From Candidatus Saccharimonadota bacterium (lineage in GTDB: Bacteria; Pseudomonadota; Gammaproteobacteria; Enterobacterales; Enterobacteriaceae), in the NCBI RefSeq assembly GCF_014857065.1, contig NZ_CP046533.1, forward strand, positions 300,001 to 332,000: DNA of 32,000 bases, read 5' to 3'. Both the position numbers and the translations under genes were made by a program. Within the stretch, counting starts at the first letter, position 1. Each line of letters opens with the position of its first letter. Under the pieces are notes generated by a model. It did not search any database. It worked only from the letters and a program-made list of their open reading frames with translations, and was not told where the DNA came from. Shown piece by piece: positions 1-9,392 of this stretch.

Positions 1-1149
1 ACTGCCAAATTTACTATATAGTTCCTCATAAACCATTTGAATAAATGCTGGGTGAGGAGTTAATACTTCACCTCTTAACTTCACACCTAATGGTAACGCG
101 TTGAGCATAACATATAATTCACTAGATATAATCTTCTTGAGTTCTAATAACTTTAAAATCTTATTACGACGATCTAATACTATTTTAGGATTACGCCAAG
201 GATTATATAATGACGCTCCTTTCACCATACCTACTAACATTGATTGCTGATCAATACTTAACTCACTTACTGGACGTCCGAAATAATACAAGCTAGCCAG
301 TGGGAAGCCACGAATCTGATCATCGCCGTTTTGACCAAAATAAACTTCATTTAAATATAACTCAAGTATACGATCTTTACTACATCGATAATCAAGAATT
401 AAAGACATATAAATTTCGTTAAATTTACGCCAAAACGATCGATCACTAGATAAAAATAAATTTTTTACTAATTGTTGCGTCAAAGTACTACCTCCTTGTA
501 CTGTATGTCCAGCTGATAAATTAGCCAATAAAGCTCGTCCTATAGAAAACAAATTTATTCCATCATGCTGATAAAAATATTGATCTTCAACGATAATTAA
601 CGTCTTAATCAACGTATCTGGAAAGCCAGATCTAGGAACAAATAACCTTTGTATTCTGTGCGACTGATTTACAACACCTATTAATTTAGGATCAAGACGA
701 AAAATCCTAAAATCATATCCGGTATCTAAATTTGTAATTTTTAATAATTTACCTTCAGAAAAAGTAATACAAACACGAACCTCCTTTTCTTTACCATCTG
801 GAAAACTAAAAGATCTACGCAATAATTCAATCACACAATTAGATTGTATAATAAATTCACCAGGACTAGTAATTTTAGATACTTGACGATAATGCATACT
901 TTCTAATAAATCCACAATATCTTTACAAGTATACACCATATCTGGTTCTAAATTTATCATACGACTATAAATAGTCATGGGTAATTGCCATACTTTATTA
1001 CCAACACGACTATGTATTTTAGCATTTAAATAAACACCATAACTAACTATCAACATAAACACTATCAAAATAATATAAAAAAATATTTTATATAAAAAAA
1101 CTTTTGTAAAATATCGATTTGAAGATCTATAATAACTAATGGATTTCAT
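1..1149 (-). CDS. mrcB: Penicillin-binding protein 1B (bifunctional glycosyltransferase/transpeptidase), N-terminal part; the 3' end runs off the left edge of the window
   Basis: Absent from the supplied ORF track because no stop codon lies in the window. My manual minus-strand translation from the ATG (complement of 1147-1149) gives MKSISYYRSSNRYFTKVFLYKIFFYIILIVFMLIVSYGVYLNAKIH... and stays open to position 1 (383 codons exactly). It has an N-terminal TM helix and GT51 motifs LIIVEDQYFYQHDGINLFSI and (from a quicker, unchecked reading of 1-540) QGGSTLTQQLVKNLFLS that track E. coli PBP1b closely. Its position next to dksA matches the E. coli map. Confidence 0.88.
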   Translation of the reverse strand, partial: MKSISYYRSSNRYFTKVFLYKIFFYIILIVFMLIVSYGVYLNAKIHSRVGNKVWQLPMTIYSRMINLEPDMVYTCKDIVDLLESMHYRQVSKITSPGEFIIQSNCVIELLRRSFSFPDGKEKEVRVCITFSEGKLLKITNLDTGYDFRIFRLDPKLIGVVNQSHRIQRLFVPRSGFPDTLIKTLIIVEDQYFYQHDGINLFSIGRALLANLSAGHTVQGGSTLTQQLVKNLFLSSDRSFWRKFNEIYMSLILDYRCSKDRILELYLNEVYFGQNGDDQIRGFPLASLYYFGRPVSELSIDQQSMLVGMVKGASLYNPWRNPKIVLDRRNKILKLLELKKIISSELYVMLNALPLGVKLRGEVLTPHPAFIQMVYEELYSKFGS

Positions 1150-1536
1150 ATTTTTAGAATACGATTTAATTGTTTAAGATTAGTTAGTCAGAAACTCTTT
1201 TGTATAAAATTTAAATTTAAAATTTAAATCACTAATTATCATCAAAGATAACTAAAATAACAAAATAATAAAATACCAACTTAGCAAATATTACAAGTCA
1301 AAATAATTGACTTAAATTATAAGATATCTTAATAATACAATATTACACATTAGATAATATATTAATAAAATTATATGATATAGTGATATATTTACTATAA
1401 AATAAAAATCATAAACTATAAATATAATCAATTTTGTTTAATTTATGGTTATTATACTTATGTCATTATAAATAATTATTTACTTGAAATACTATTAACA
1501 AAACTAAATTTTGAACATCATGGGATTGCAAAAATT

Positions 1537-1983
1537 ATGCAAAAACAAACAAAACGTAAAATATCTTCTCTAAGTATTCTATCAATGGCTGGAGTAAATC
1601 CTTATGAAGAAAAACAAAATGAAAAGTATATGAATGACGCACAACTTATACATTTTACACGAATTCTAAAAGCCTGGCATAATCAATTAGAAAATGAAAT
1701 AAAGCGCACAACTTCAAATATGCAAAGTAAAGCGACTAATTTCCCTGATCCAATAGATCGCGCAGCACAAGAAGAAGAATTTAATCTTGTATTGCGCCAT
1801 CGAGCTAGAGAGAGAAAACTTATAAAAAAAATAGAAAGTACTTTACATAAAATAAAAGAGAAAAAATTTGGTTTTTGTGAATCTTGTGATATTAAAATAG
1901 GTATTCGTCGATTAGAAGCCCGCCCAACAACTAATTTATGTATCGATTGTAAAACTTTGGCTGAAATTCGTAAAAACAAATAA
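1537..1983 (+). CDS. dksA: RNA polymerase-binding transcription factor DksA
   Basis: 148 aa. Near-colinear with E. coli DksA ([42 protein letters not shown]). C4 zinc finger CESC...CIDC at the C-terminus. Confidence 0.95.
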   Translation: MQKQTKRKISSLSILSMAGVNPYEEKQNEKYMNDAQLIHFTRILKAWHNQLENEIKRTTSNMQSKATNFPDPIDRAAQEEEFNLVLRHRARERKLIKKIESTLHKIKEKKFGFCESCDIKIGIRRLEARPTTNLCIDCKTLAEIRKNK

Positions 1984-2070
1984 TAAGATAATGAAATTAT
2001 AGTATCAATTCAGATTTAATTTAATATTAAATAATAAAATAAAAATTTTTCAAAATAAACATAAAACTAT

Positions 2071-2580
2071 ATGATCGAATATGTATGGATATCTTTAGGC
2101 AGTAATCTATCAAATCCTAAACAACAAATAACTAATGCTCTTCGTAAAATATCTGAAATTCCAGAAACTAAATTAATTGAGCATTCCTCTTATTATTCTA
2201 ATCCTCCTCTATATTCATTAAATCAACCAGAATTTATTAATGCAGTAGCCAAACTACAAACTGCTCTTGATCCAAGATCATTACTTAATTATTTACAGAT
2301 AATTGAATATAAACAAGGACGCGTTAGAACAACAAAATCACGTTGGACATCCAGAACATTAGATTTAGACATTATACTTTTTGGGAACTATATTGTTCAC
2401 GCAACGAATCTAATAATACCCCATTATGATCTCTACAACAGAGAATTCATGCTATATCCATTAATTGAACTAGATCCTGAATTATATTTACCAGATAAAA
2501 AAAGAATCACACATCACTTAAATATTTTAAAAAAAAAACAATCTTGGAACTATATTAAATCTAATTTAAATTTTATATAG
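2071..2580 (+). CDS. folK: 2-amino-4-hydroxy-6-hydroxymethyldihydropteridine pyrophosphokinase (HPPK)
   Basis: 169 aa. Motifs ISLGSNL, QPEFINAV, RTLDLDIILFG and PHYDLYNREFMLYPL match E. coli FolK along its length. Contains an in-frame A10 tract at 2529-2538. Confidence 0.9.
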   Translation: MIEYVWISLGSNLSNPKQQITNALRKISEIPETKLIEHSSYYSNPPLYSLNQPEFINAVAKLQTALDPRSLLNYLQIIEYKQGRVRTTKSRWTSRTLDLDIILFGNYIVHATNLIIPHYDLYNREFMLYPLIELDPELYLPDKKRITHHLNILKKKQSWNYIKSNLNFI

Positions 2581-2823
2581 CATATTCAATTTTTAGCTAC
2601 ATGTAATTAGTGGAAAATTAAAATATAAACTCAATTTTTAACCTTATTTATAAAAACTGTCGTAGCACCTTTCTATAATAAACAACATATTCATCAAAAA
2701 CTTAATTAACAAAATATAATCATATTTACATATACATACTACAATCAAAGAACTTATAATAGTAAAGTTTGAAAGTTTGTTATTACTCAACATAAATAAC
2801 TAAACTAAAATAAGGCCTTCAAT

Positions 2824-4260
2824 TCAATTCGATCTTGCTTTTATATTCAATATATCAGTAATTGAACCTTCATATATTGAAGCGGCTAATCCTATTGATT
2901 CATATAAGGTTGGATGAGCATGCATAGTCATAGAAATATCTTCAGCATCACATCCCATTTCAATTGCTAAACCTATTTCTCCTAATAATTCACTACTATT
3001 TGTACCTATTACTGTACCACCAATTATTTTATGAGTACTTTTATCAAAAAGCAACTTAGTCACACCTTGTTGATAATTAGAAGAAACAGCACGACCTGAA
3101 GCTAACCAGGGAAAAACAGCTGATTCATGAGAAATATTTTTTTCTTGAGCAATTTTTTCAGTTAAACCAACCCAAGCTAATTCTGGATCAGTATAAATCA
3201 CAAAGGGAATTACTTTTGGGTCAAAATAACTATTTAGCCCAGCAATTACTTCAGCAGCTACATGTCCTTCATAAATACTTTTATGAGCTAACATAGGTTG
3301 ACCAACAACATCACCCACTGCAAAAATATGAGATAAACTAGTACACATCTGTTTATTAACAACAATAAATCCATGAGAATCCAACTTTACTCCTAACAAA
3401 TCAACTCCTAAAAATCTACTATTTGGCGTACGCCCAATAGCAACTAACAAGCCATCATATAATTTAACATCCGGTAATAAATTATCATTTTTTTTCATAC
3501 TGACAAATATACCTTCTTTCTTACAACTAACCATTGTTATTTTAGTACCCAGAATTAAATTAAATTGACCCCTGATACATTTAGTAAATATTTTTATTAT
3601 ATCATCATCTAGTATTGGAATAAGATTTTCAGAAATTTCCACTAAATCAATTTTTGACCCTAAAGCACTATATATGGTAGCCATTTCCAAACCAATAACA
3701 CCTGCACCAACAATTAATAATTTATCTGGTACTTTTTGTAATTTTAACGCATCAGTAGAATTCCAAATACGTGAATCATTATAAGAAATACAAGATAATT
3801 GCATGGATTGAGAACCAGTGGCAATAATTGCATAATCAAAATAAATTTCAAAAATATCAGAATTGCTTTCTACTCTTAAAACATTAGAATCAATGAATTT
3901 ACCATACCCATGAATTATTCTTATCTTTCGCAAACTAGACATATTATTTAAACCAAATGCAAGCTTATCAATTATCTTCTTTTTCCAAGAAAGCAATTTA
4001 TCAAAATTAATTTGAATTTTATCTATAGAAACAAGACCATAATTAGCAAATAATTTCATTTCTCTCAGTAATTTAGAAAAATGCAATAATGTTTTTGAAG
4101 GGATGCAACCAACATTAAGACACACGCCACCTAAATTAGAATAATTTTCTACAAGAATAACTTTTTTGCCCAAATCTGCGCATCTAAAAGCTGCAGAATA
4201 ACCTCCAGGACCCGCTCCTAATACTACAACTTGCGTTTTTATTTTTTGAGCAACTATCAT
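2824..4260 (-). CDS. lpdA: Dihydrolipoyl dehydrogenase (E3 of pyruvate/2-oxoglutarate dehydrogenase)
   Basis: 478 aa. KTQVVVLGAGPGGYSAAFRCADLG FAD-binding fold and redox-active disulfide motif GGVCLNVGCIPSK. Lies downstream of aceE-aceF as in E. coli. Confidence 0.96.
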   Translation of the reverse strand: MIVAQKIKTQVVVLGAGPGGYSAAFRCADLGKKVILVENYSNLGGVCLNVGCIPSKTLLHFSKLLREMKLFANYGLVSIDKIQINFDKLLSWKKKIIDKLAFGLNNMSSLRKIRIIHGYGKFIDSNVLRVESNSDIFEIYFDYAIIATGSQSMQLSCISYNDSRIWNSTDALKLQKVPDKLLIVGAGVIGLEMATIYSALGSKIDLVEISENLIPILDDDIIKIFTKCIRGQFNLILGTKITMVSCKKEGIFVSMKKNDNLLPDVKLYDGLLVAIGRTPNSRFLGVDLLGVKLDSHGFIVVNKQMCTSLSHIFAVGDVVGQPMLAHKSIYEGHVAAEVIAGLNSYFDPKVIPFVIYTDPELAWVGLTEKIAQEKNISHESAVFPWLASGRAVSSNYQQGVTKLLFDKSTHKIIGGTVIGTNSSELLGEIGLAIEMGCDAEDISMTMHAHPTLYESIGLAASIYEGSITDILNIKARSN

Positions 4261-4269
4261 AAAAATTAA

Positions 4270-4275
4270 CCTCTT
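4270..4275 (-). promoter_or_regulatory. Shine-Dalgarno sequence for lpdA (AAGAGG on the minus strand, 9 nt before the ATG)
   Basis: Plus-strand cctctt at 4270-4275 is AAGAGG on the coding strand. The spacing to the ATG at 4260 is canonical. Confidence 0.55.
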
Positions 4276-4375
4276 AGTTTATTAAAATTAATAAATTAAT
4301 AATCTCTGACAATTCAAAATTTAATATTATTAAAATTATCTTATTAATTTTTAAGCTATTTAAAAATTAATAAGT

Positions 4376-5650
4376 CTACATTATTAGATAGCGAATGTCA
4401 GACATAATCTGATTAATTAAGGTAATAAAACGCGCACCATCTGCACCATCTATAACACGATGATCATATGATAACGATAATGGTAGCATTAATCTAGGAA
4501 TAAATTTTTTACCATTCCATACTGGTTTAACCAAAGATCTAGAAACACCCAAAATAGCTACTTCCGGTGCATTAATAATAGGTGTAAACGATGCGCCACC
4601 TATTCCACCTAAATTAGATATAGTAAAAGAACTACCTTGTAAATCCAAAGCAGTAAATTTACCACCAGACTGAGTCTTTTTAGAAATTTCTGCAAGTTCA
4701 CGAGAAAGAACAATTACACCTTTTTTATTAACATCACGTAAAACTGGAACATATAATCCACTAGAAGTATCCACTGCTATACCAATATTAATATATTCTT
4801 TTAAAATCAACATTTTACCATCTTTTGATAAAGAACTATTAAAACGTGGCAATTTTTCTAATGCTTTAGCTACCGCTTTCATAATAAATATTAAAATAGT
4901 AATTTTTATAGATATTTTTTTTTTCTCAAAATCAGAATTTTGCTGTTTACGAAATTTTTCTACTTCAGTAATATCAACTTCATCAAATTGTGTAACATGG
5001 GGAATCATTATCCAATTACGATATAAATTAGCTCCAGAAATTTTCTGAACACGATTTAATTTCACTTCCTGTACATTGCCAAATTTTCGAAAATTTATAT
5101 CAGGTGAAGATGATATATCATGTAAAATATTCGCTACACAATTTAAATCAGAATTAAAAATAAAACGATTACAATCTAAGGAATTTTTAATATAACTTTG
5201 AACATCTTCTCTTAAAATCCTACCTTTATGCCCGCTACCTTTAACATGAGATAGATTAATCCCAAACTCTCGCGCCATACGACGAATCAATGGCGTTGCA
5301 TGTATATAGGACGAACCACGATAATCAATATTCATCAATTTATCTTGATTATTCTTTTGAGAAAACGTAGATACCAAATTATTTTTATTATTGTCAGACA
5401 TAGATTTAGTTATATTATCTTTAATATCAAAAAACATAATTAAAGAACCAGTTTTAATTTTATCTCCTACACTGATAGGAATAGATTCAATAACACCAGT
5501 AAACGTAGATGGAACATCCATAGATGCTTTATCACTTTCTACTACCATAAGTGATTGACCAACTTTAATAAAATCACCTACTTTCACCATAATTTCAATT
5601 ATTTCTACTTCATTAACACCAACATCTGGCATATTCATTGCTATCGCCAT
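4376..5650 (-). CDS. aceF: Dihydrolipoamide acetyltransferase (E2 of pyruvate dehydrogenase), single-lipoyl-domain form
   Basis: 424 aa. One lipoyl domain (VVESDKASMDVPS), an E3-binding domain (ATPLIRRMAREFGINLSHVKGSGHKGRILREDV) and a catalytic domain with DHRVIDGADGARF. Sits between aceE and lpdA. Confidence 0.95.
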   Translation of the reverse strand: MAIAMNMPDVGVNEVEIIEIMVKVGDFIKVGQSLMVVESDKASMDVPSTFTGVIESIPISVGDKIKTGSLIMFFDIKDNITKSMSDNNKNNLVSTFSQKNNQDKLMNIDYRGSSYIHATPLIRRMAREFGINLSHVKGSGHKGRILREDVQSYIKNSLDCNRFIFNSDLNCVANILHDISSSPDINFRKFGNVQEVKLNRVQKISGANLYRNWIMIPHVTQFDEVDITEVEKFRKQQNSDFEKKKISIKITILIFIMKAVAKALEKLPRFNSSLSKDGKMLILKEYINIGIAVDTSSGLYVPVLRDVNKKGVIVLSRELAEISKKTQSGGKFTALDLQGSSFTISNLGGIGGASFTPIINAPEVAILGVSRSLVKPVWNGKKFIPRLMLPLSLSYDHRVIDGADGARFITLINQIMSDIRYLIM

Positions 5651-5671
5651 ATTTTACTCTACCTCAAGCGC

Positions 5672-8338
5672 TTATTCTAAACGAGGATTAATCCTATCAA
5701 CATCAATATTAAAAATATTAATGGCATTTATTACCTGATCTACACTAATTTTACCAATCTTTACTAACCTATTTAAAGACGCTACAACTATATAACCAGC
5801 ATCTATTTCAAAATAATGCCGTAAATTTTCTCTACTATCTGAACGTCCGAAACCATCTGTTCCTAAAACAAAGAAATTTTGAGAAGGAATAAATCCACGA
5901 ATCTGTTCAGCAAATAACTTCATATAATCAGTAGATACAATTACAGGTGCATCATTCAACACAGTAGATACATAAGGAATTCTAGGCTTCTTTTTAGGAT
6001 GAAGCATATTCCAACGTTCACAATCTTGTCCATCTCGAGCTAACTCAGTAAATGAAGTGACACTATATACATCAGAACCTATTCCATATTCTCTAGATAA
6101 AATTTTTGCTGCTTTACGTACACATTGTAAAATAGCACCTGATCCCATTAACTGAATATTACTTATATCACCTGGAAAAGATTCCAATTTATAAATACCT
6201 CTTTTAATACCTTCTTCTACTCCTTCTGGTATAGCAGGCATAAAATATTTTTCGTTTGTAATGGTTATGTAGTAATATATATTTTCTGCTCGTTTACCAT
6301 ACATACGAATTAATCCATCATAAATAATGACGGCAACTTCATAAGCAAAAGCAGGATCATATGAAATACAATTAGGAACAATCAATGATTGAATATGACT
6401 ATGACCATCAGCATGTTGTAATCCTTCCCCATTTAATGTAGTACGACCAGAAGTCCCTCCAATTAAAAAACCTCGTGCTTGTTGATCAGCAGCAACCCAA
6501 CATAAATCTCCCGTCCTCTGAAAACCAAACATAGAATAAAAAATATAAAATGGAATCATAGGATAATCATTAGTAGCATAAGAAGTTGCTGCAGCTAACC
6601 AAGAAGAAAGAGCACCAAGTTCACTTATACCTTCTTGCAAAATTTGTCCTTTTAAATCTTCACGATAATAAGCTAAATGTCCGTAATCTTGTGGCGTATA
6701 ACATTGACCTGTTGAACTATAAATACCAATTTTACGAAATAAACCTTCCATACCAAATGTACGAGCTTCATCTGCAATAATAGGCACTAACCTATTTTGA
6801 ATCCCTTTATTTTCCAATAAAATATTTAATACACGAATAAATGCAATAGTAGTAGAAATCTTTTTTTCTTGTATTCCTAACAATGGTTGAAAATCTTCAA
6901 AACGAGGTAATTCCAATGAACCAGTAAAATTTTTTAATCTTTTAGGTAAAAATCCATGCAAAATCCTACGTCTTTCATGCAAATATCTATATTCATCAGA
7001 ATCACTGCGTAAAGTAATATAAGATAAGGATTCAATCTGATCATTACCAATATTTTCTAACCTAAAACGATCACGAAAATAACGCATTCCTTCTGTAGTT
7101 ATTGTTTTTACTTGATGAGCAATATTCATACCTTCTGCAAATACACCCATACCATAACCTTTAACAGTATGAGCTAAAATAACAACTGGTTTTCCAATTG
7201 TTTTCTTAGCTTTTTGTAAAGCAGCAAAAATTTTTTTAGCATCATGACCGCCACGATTTAATGACCATATTTCATCATCACTCATATTTTTCACTAAATC
7301 TTTTGTTTCTGGATATTTACCAAAAAAATGTTCACGTATATAAGCACCATTTTTAGACTTAAAAGTTTGGTAATCTCCATCAACTGTTTCATTCATTAAC
7401 TGAATTAATTTTCCGCTATAATCTCTACGAAATAAATCATCCCATAAACTACCCCAAATAACTTTAATCACCTCCCATCCTGATCCAATAAACAAATTTT
7501 CTAATTCATTAATAATCTTACCATTACCAATGACAGGACCATCTAAACGTTGCAAATTACAATTGATTACAAATATAAGGTTATCTAATTTTTCCCGAGT
7601 TGCAATATTAAGAGCGCCTTTAGATTCAGGTTCATCCATCTCTCCATCTCCTAAAAAAGCATAAACTGTTTGATTACTGGTGTCTTTCAAACCACGATGA
7701 TCTAAATATTTTAAAAATTTGGCCTGATAAATAGCAGCAATAGAACTAAGACCCATTGAAACAGTAGGGAATTGCCAAAATTCCGGCATCAACTTTGGAT
7801 GCGGATAAGAAGATAAGCCATTTTGATATACTTCTTGACGAAAACTATCTAACTGATCTTCAGTTAATCTTCCCTCAAGAAAAGCACGAGCATATATACC
7901 AGGTGCAATATGACCCTGAAAATATACCAAATCACCGGTGTCATATTCATTTTGAGCTCTAAAAAAATGATTAAAACAAACCTCATAAATGGTAGCAGCT
8001 GATTGAAAAGAAGCTATATGACCACCTAAATCCAATTTTTTTTTTGATGCTCGTAACACCATAATAAGAGCATTCCAACGAACAGCAGAACATATCCTAT
8101 GCTCTAATTTTAAATTACCGGGATATTTTGGTTCATCATCAACAGAGATAGTATTAATATAATCTTTATTTACTGTTTTATCGTAAAATTTTACACCATT
8201 CTTATTTGCTGTAATTATAACTTGATCAATCAAAAACCGTGCTCGCTCGATCCCCTCTTCACGAACGACTGCAACAATCGCTTGAAGCCACTCACTTGTT
8301 TCGATCGGATCCACGTCATCAATTAAATACTCAGACAT
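5672..8338 (-). CDS. aceE: Pyruvate dehydrogenase E1 component
   Basis: The supplied ORF runs to 8431, but homology to E. coli AceE begins at MSEYLIDDVDPIETSEWLQAI (ATG at 8338). That start gives 888 aa, against 887 in E. coli. AAGGA lies 7 nt upstream. The 31 upstream codons (MIYDKLYFIRLFCFF...) are low-complexity spacer read-through. Confidence 0.95.
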   Translation of the reverse strand: MSEYLIDDVDPIETSEWLQAIVAVVREEGIERARFLIDQVIITANKNGVKFYDKTVNKDYINTISVDDEPKYPGNLKLEHRICSAVRWNALIMVLRASKKKLDLGGHIASFQSAATIYEVCFNHFFRAQNEYDTGDLVYFQGHIAPGIYARAFLEGRLTEDQLDSFRQEVYQNGLSSYPHPKLMPEFWQFPTVSMGLSSIAAIYQAKFLKYLDHRGLKDTSNQTVYAFLGDGEMDEPESKGALNIATREKLDNLIFVINCNLQRLDGPVIGNGKIINELENLFIGSGWEVIKVIWGSLWDDLFRRDYSGKLIQLMNETVDGDYQTFKSKNGAYIREHFFGKYPETKDLVKNMSDDEIWSLNRGGHDAKKIFAALQKAKKTIGKPVVILAHTVKGYGMGVFAEGMNIAHQVKTITTEGMRYFRDRFRLENIGNDQIESLSYITLRSDSDEYRYLHERRRILHGFLPKRLKNFTGSLELPRFEDFQPLLGIQEKKISTTIAFIRVLNILLENKGIQNRLVPIIADEARTFGMEGLFRKIGIYSSTGQCYTPQDYGHLAYYREDLKGQILQEGISELGALSSWLAAATSYATNDYPMIPFYIFYSMFGFQRTGDLCWVAADQQARGFLIGGTSGRTTLNGEGLQHADGHSHIQSLIVPNCISYDPAFAYEVAVIIYDGLIRMYGKRAENIYYYITITNEKYFMPAIPEGVEEGIKRGIYKLESFPGDISNIQLMGSGAILQCVRKAAKILSREYGIGSDVYSVTSFTELARDGQDCERWNMLHPKKKPRIPYVSTVLNDAPVIVSTDYMKLFAEQIRGFIPSQNFFVLGTDGFGRSDSRENLRHYFEIDAGYIVVASLNRLVKIGKISVDQVINAINIFNIDVDRINPRLE

Positions 8339-9392
8339 GGTATATTCCTTCATGTGTTCTAAATTAATTAAAATTTGTCTGTAAACAAAAAAACAAAATA
8401 ACCTTATAAAATATAATTTATCATAAATCAAAATTTATGTTTATATTTTAATAATTTTGAATACTTGTCATTAATGAAAATAAAACTGATCTATCAAGTA
8501 TCACGTAAACAAATTATCATAAATTATAAAATAAACACGAAATAGTAAAAATCTTACTGATAAAATATAATATAATTAAATTTTATTATAAAGATGCTAT
8601 CATCAACAAATTAAAATTCAAGCAATTTAAGTAAAATAAATAAACCTTCAATGTAAAAATTACTCCCCATTTAATAAATATTTATTTGTTTAATCAAGTC
8701 AAAACATACATTATAATAAACGAACATTATTAAACAAAACTAAATAATGCTAATTCTTGAATAATAAACATTTATTAAATAAACGCATATCCAACTATTA
8801 ATCCAACCCAAATTTTATTAAACCCTTCATTCTGAAATGAATAATATAAATATTAAATTTTCAAAAATAAAACACACATTTACTTATACATCTTATTAAT
8901 TTGGATAAAAACAAAAACAACACCCACCTCATTATTAAACCTATGAATAATGACAAATAAAATACAACAAAACACGACTGCTATAATTAAATTTTATTTA
9001 TATCATAATAACAAAATAAAGATTATATAAAAATCTTGCTATAAATAAATATCTTCAAAATTAAACATCAGATTATATTATAAAAATTCAAAAAAAATAA
9101 AAACACAAATAAATTAAAATAAAACATAATAATACTCAATTCGTTCTTTATATTATAAAATAAACATAACATCATTTACACAAAAACATAAACATTAACA
9201 TAAAATTAGATAAGAACTCCAATAAACTCAATCTATTGAAGTTAACAAATACACTTTAAATAACTTTAACCTATTATATCATTTATTATTTAATATTGAC
9301 TAATTGATCAAAACTAAATTATAACATTGTCATAAGAAACTAAACTTAAATTTTGTAGAACGAAATTATTACAATACAAATGAAAATAAATC
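8339..9392. other. About 1.05 kb ORF-free, very AT-rich intergenic spacer between the divergent aceE and coaE genes; probably eroded remnant DNA plus both promoters
   Basis: No ORF of 60 codons or more on either strand apart from the spurious aceE extension. A hand count over 9061-9240 gives 26 C and 5 G in 180 nt (about 17% G+C). In E. coli this interval holds guaC, hofCB, ppdD, nadC, ampDE, aroP and pdhR. Confidence 0.7.
8346..8350 (-). promoter_or_regulatory. Shine-Dalgarno sequence for aceE (AAGGA, 7 nt before the ATG at 8338)
   Basis: Plus-strand tcctt at 8346-8350 is AAGGA on the coding strand. It supports the trimmed start. Confidence 0.55.

Noticed and set aside
1207-1229. Tandem-looking AAATTTAAATTTAAAATTTAAAT stretch in the mrcB-dksA spacer
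   Set aside because: It is low-complexity AT sequence. The unit is imperfect, and it is too short to call a meaningful repeat array.
1683-1979. 98-aa minus-strand ORF antisense to dksA
   Set aside because: It is fully nested in the well-conserved dksA gene, has no recognisable motif, and no SD sequence. It is a typical shadow ORF.
2811-2818. AAGGCCTT palindrome just downstream of the lpdA stop, considered as a terminator
   Set aside because: It is an 8-nt palindrome with no loop, so it cannot form a hairpin, and no T-tract follows it on the lpdA strand.
6586-6780. 64-aa plus-strand ORF inside aceE
   Set aside because: A shadow ORF antisense to conserved aceE, with a low-complexity product.
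8339-8431. 31-codon N-terminal extension of the aceE ORF (MIYDKLYFIRLFCFFVYRQILINLEHMKEYT)
   Set aside because: It has no counterpart in AceE homologues, and AAGGA lies at the proper distance from the internal ATG at 8338. The extension is AT-rich spacer that happens to lack a stop.
8861-8932. 23-codon minus-strand mini-ORF (MRWVLFLFLSKLIRCISKCVFYF) in the large aceE-coaE spacer
   Set aside because: No SD sequence and no homology that I recognise. Its length is within the chance expectation for this composition.
8571-8998. 17-nt exact direct repeat TATAATTAAATTTTATT at 8571-8587 and 8982-8998, considered as possible terminal repeats of a mobile element
   Set aside because: In a 1-kb stretch that is nearly pure A/T, a 17-mer match is roughly what chance predicts. 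There is no transposase, no inverted termini and no target-site duplication.
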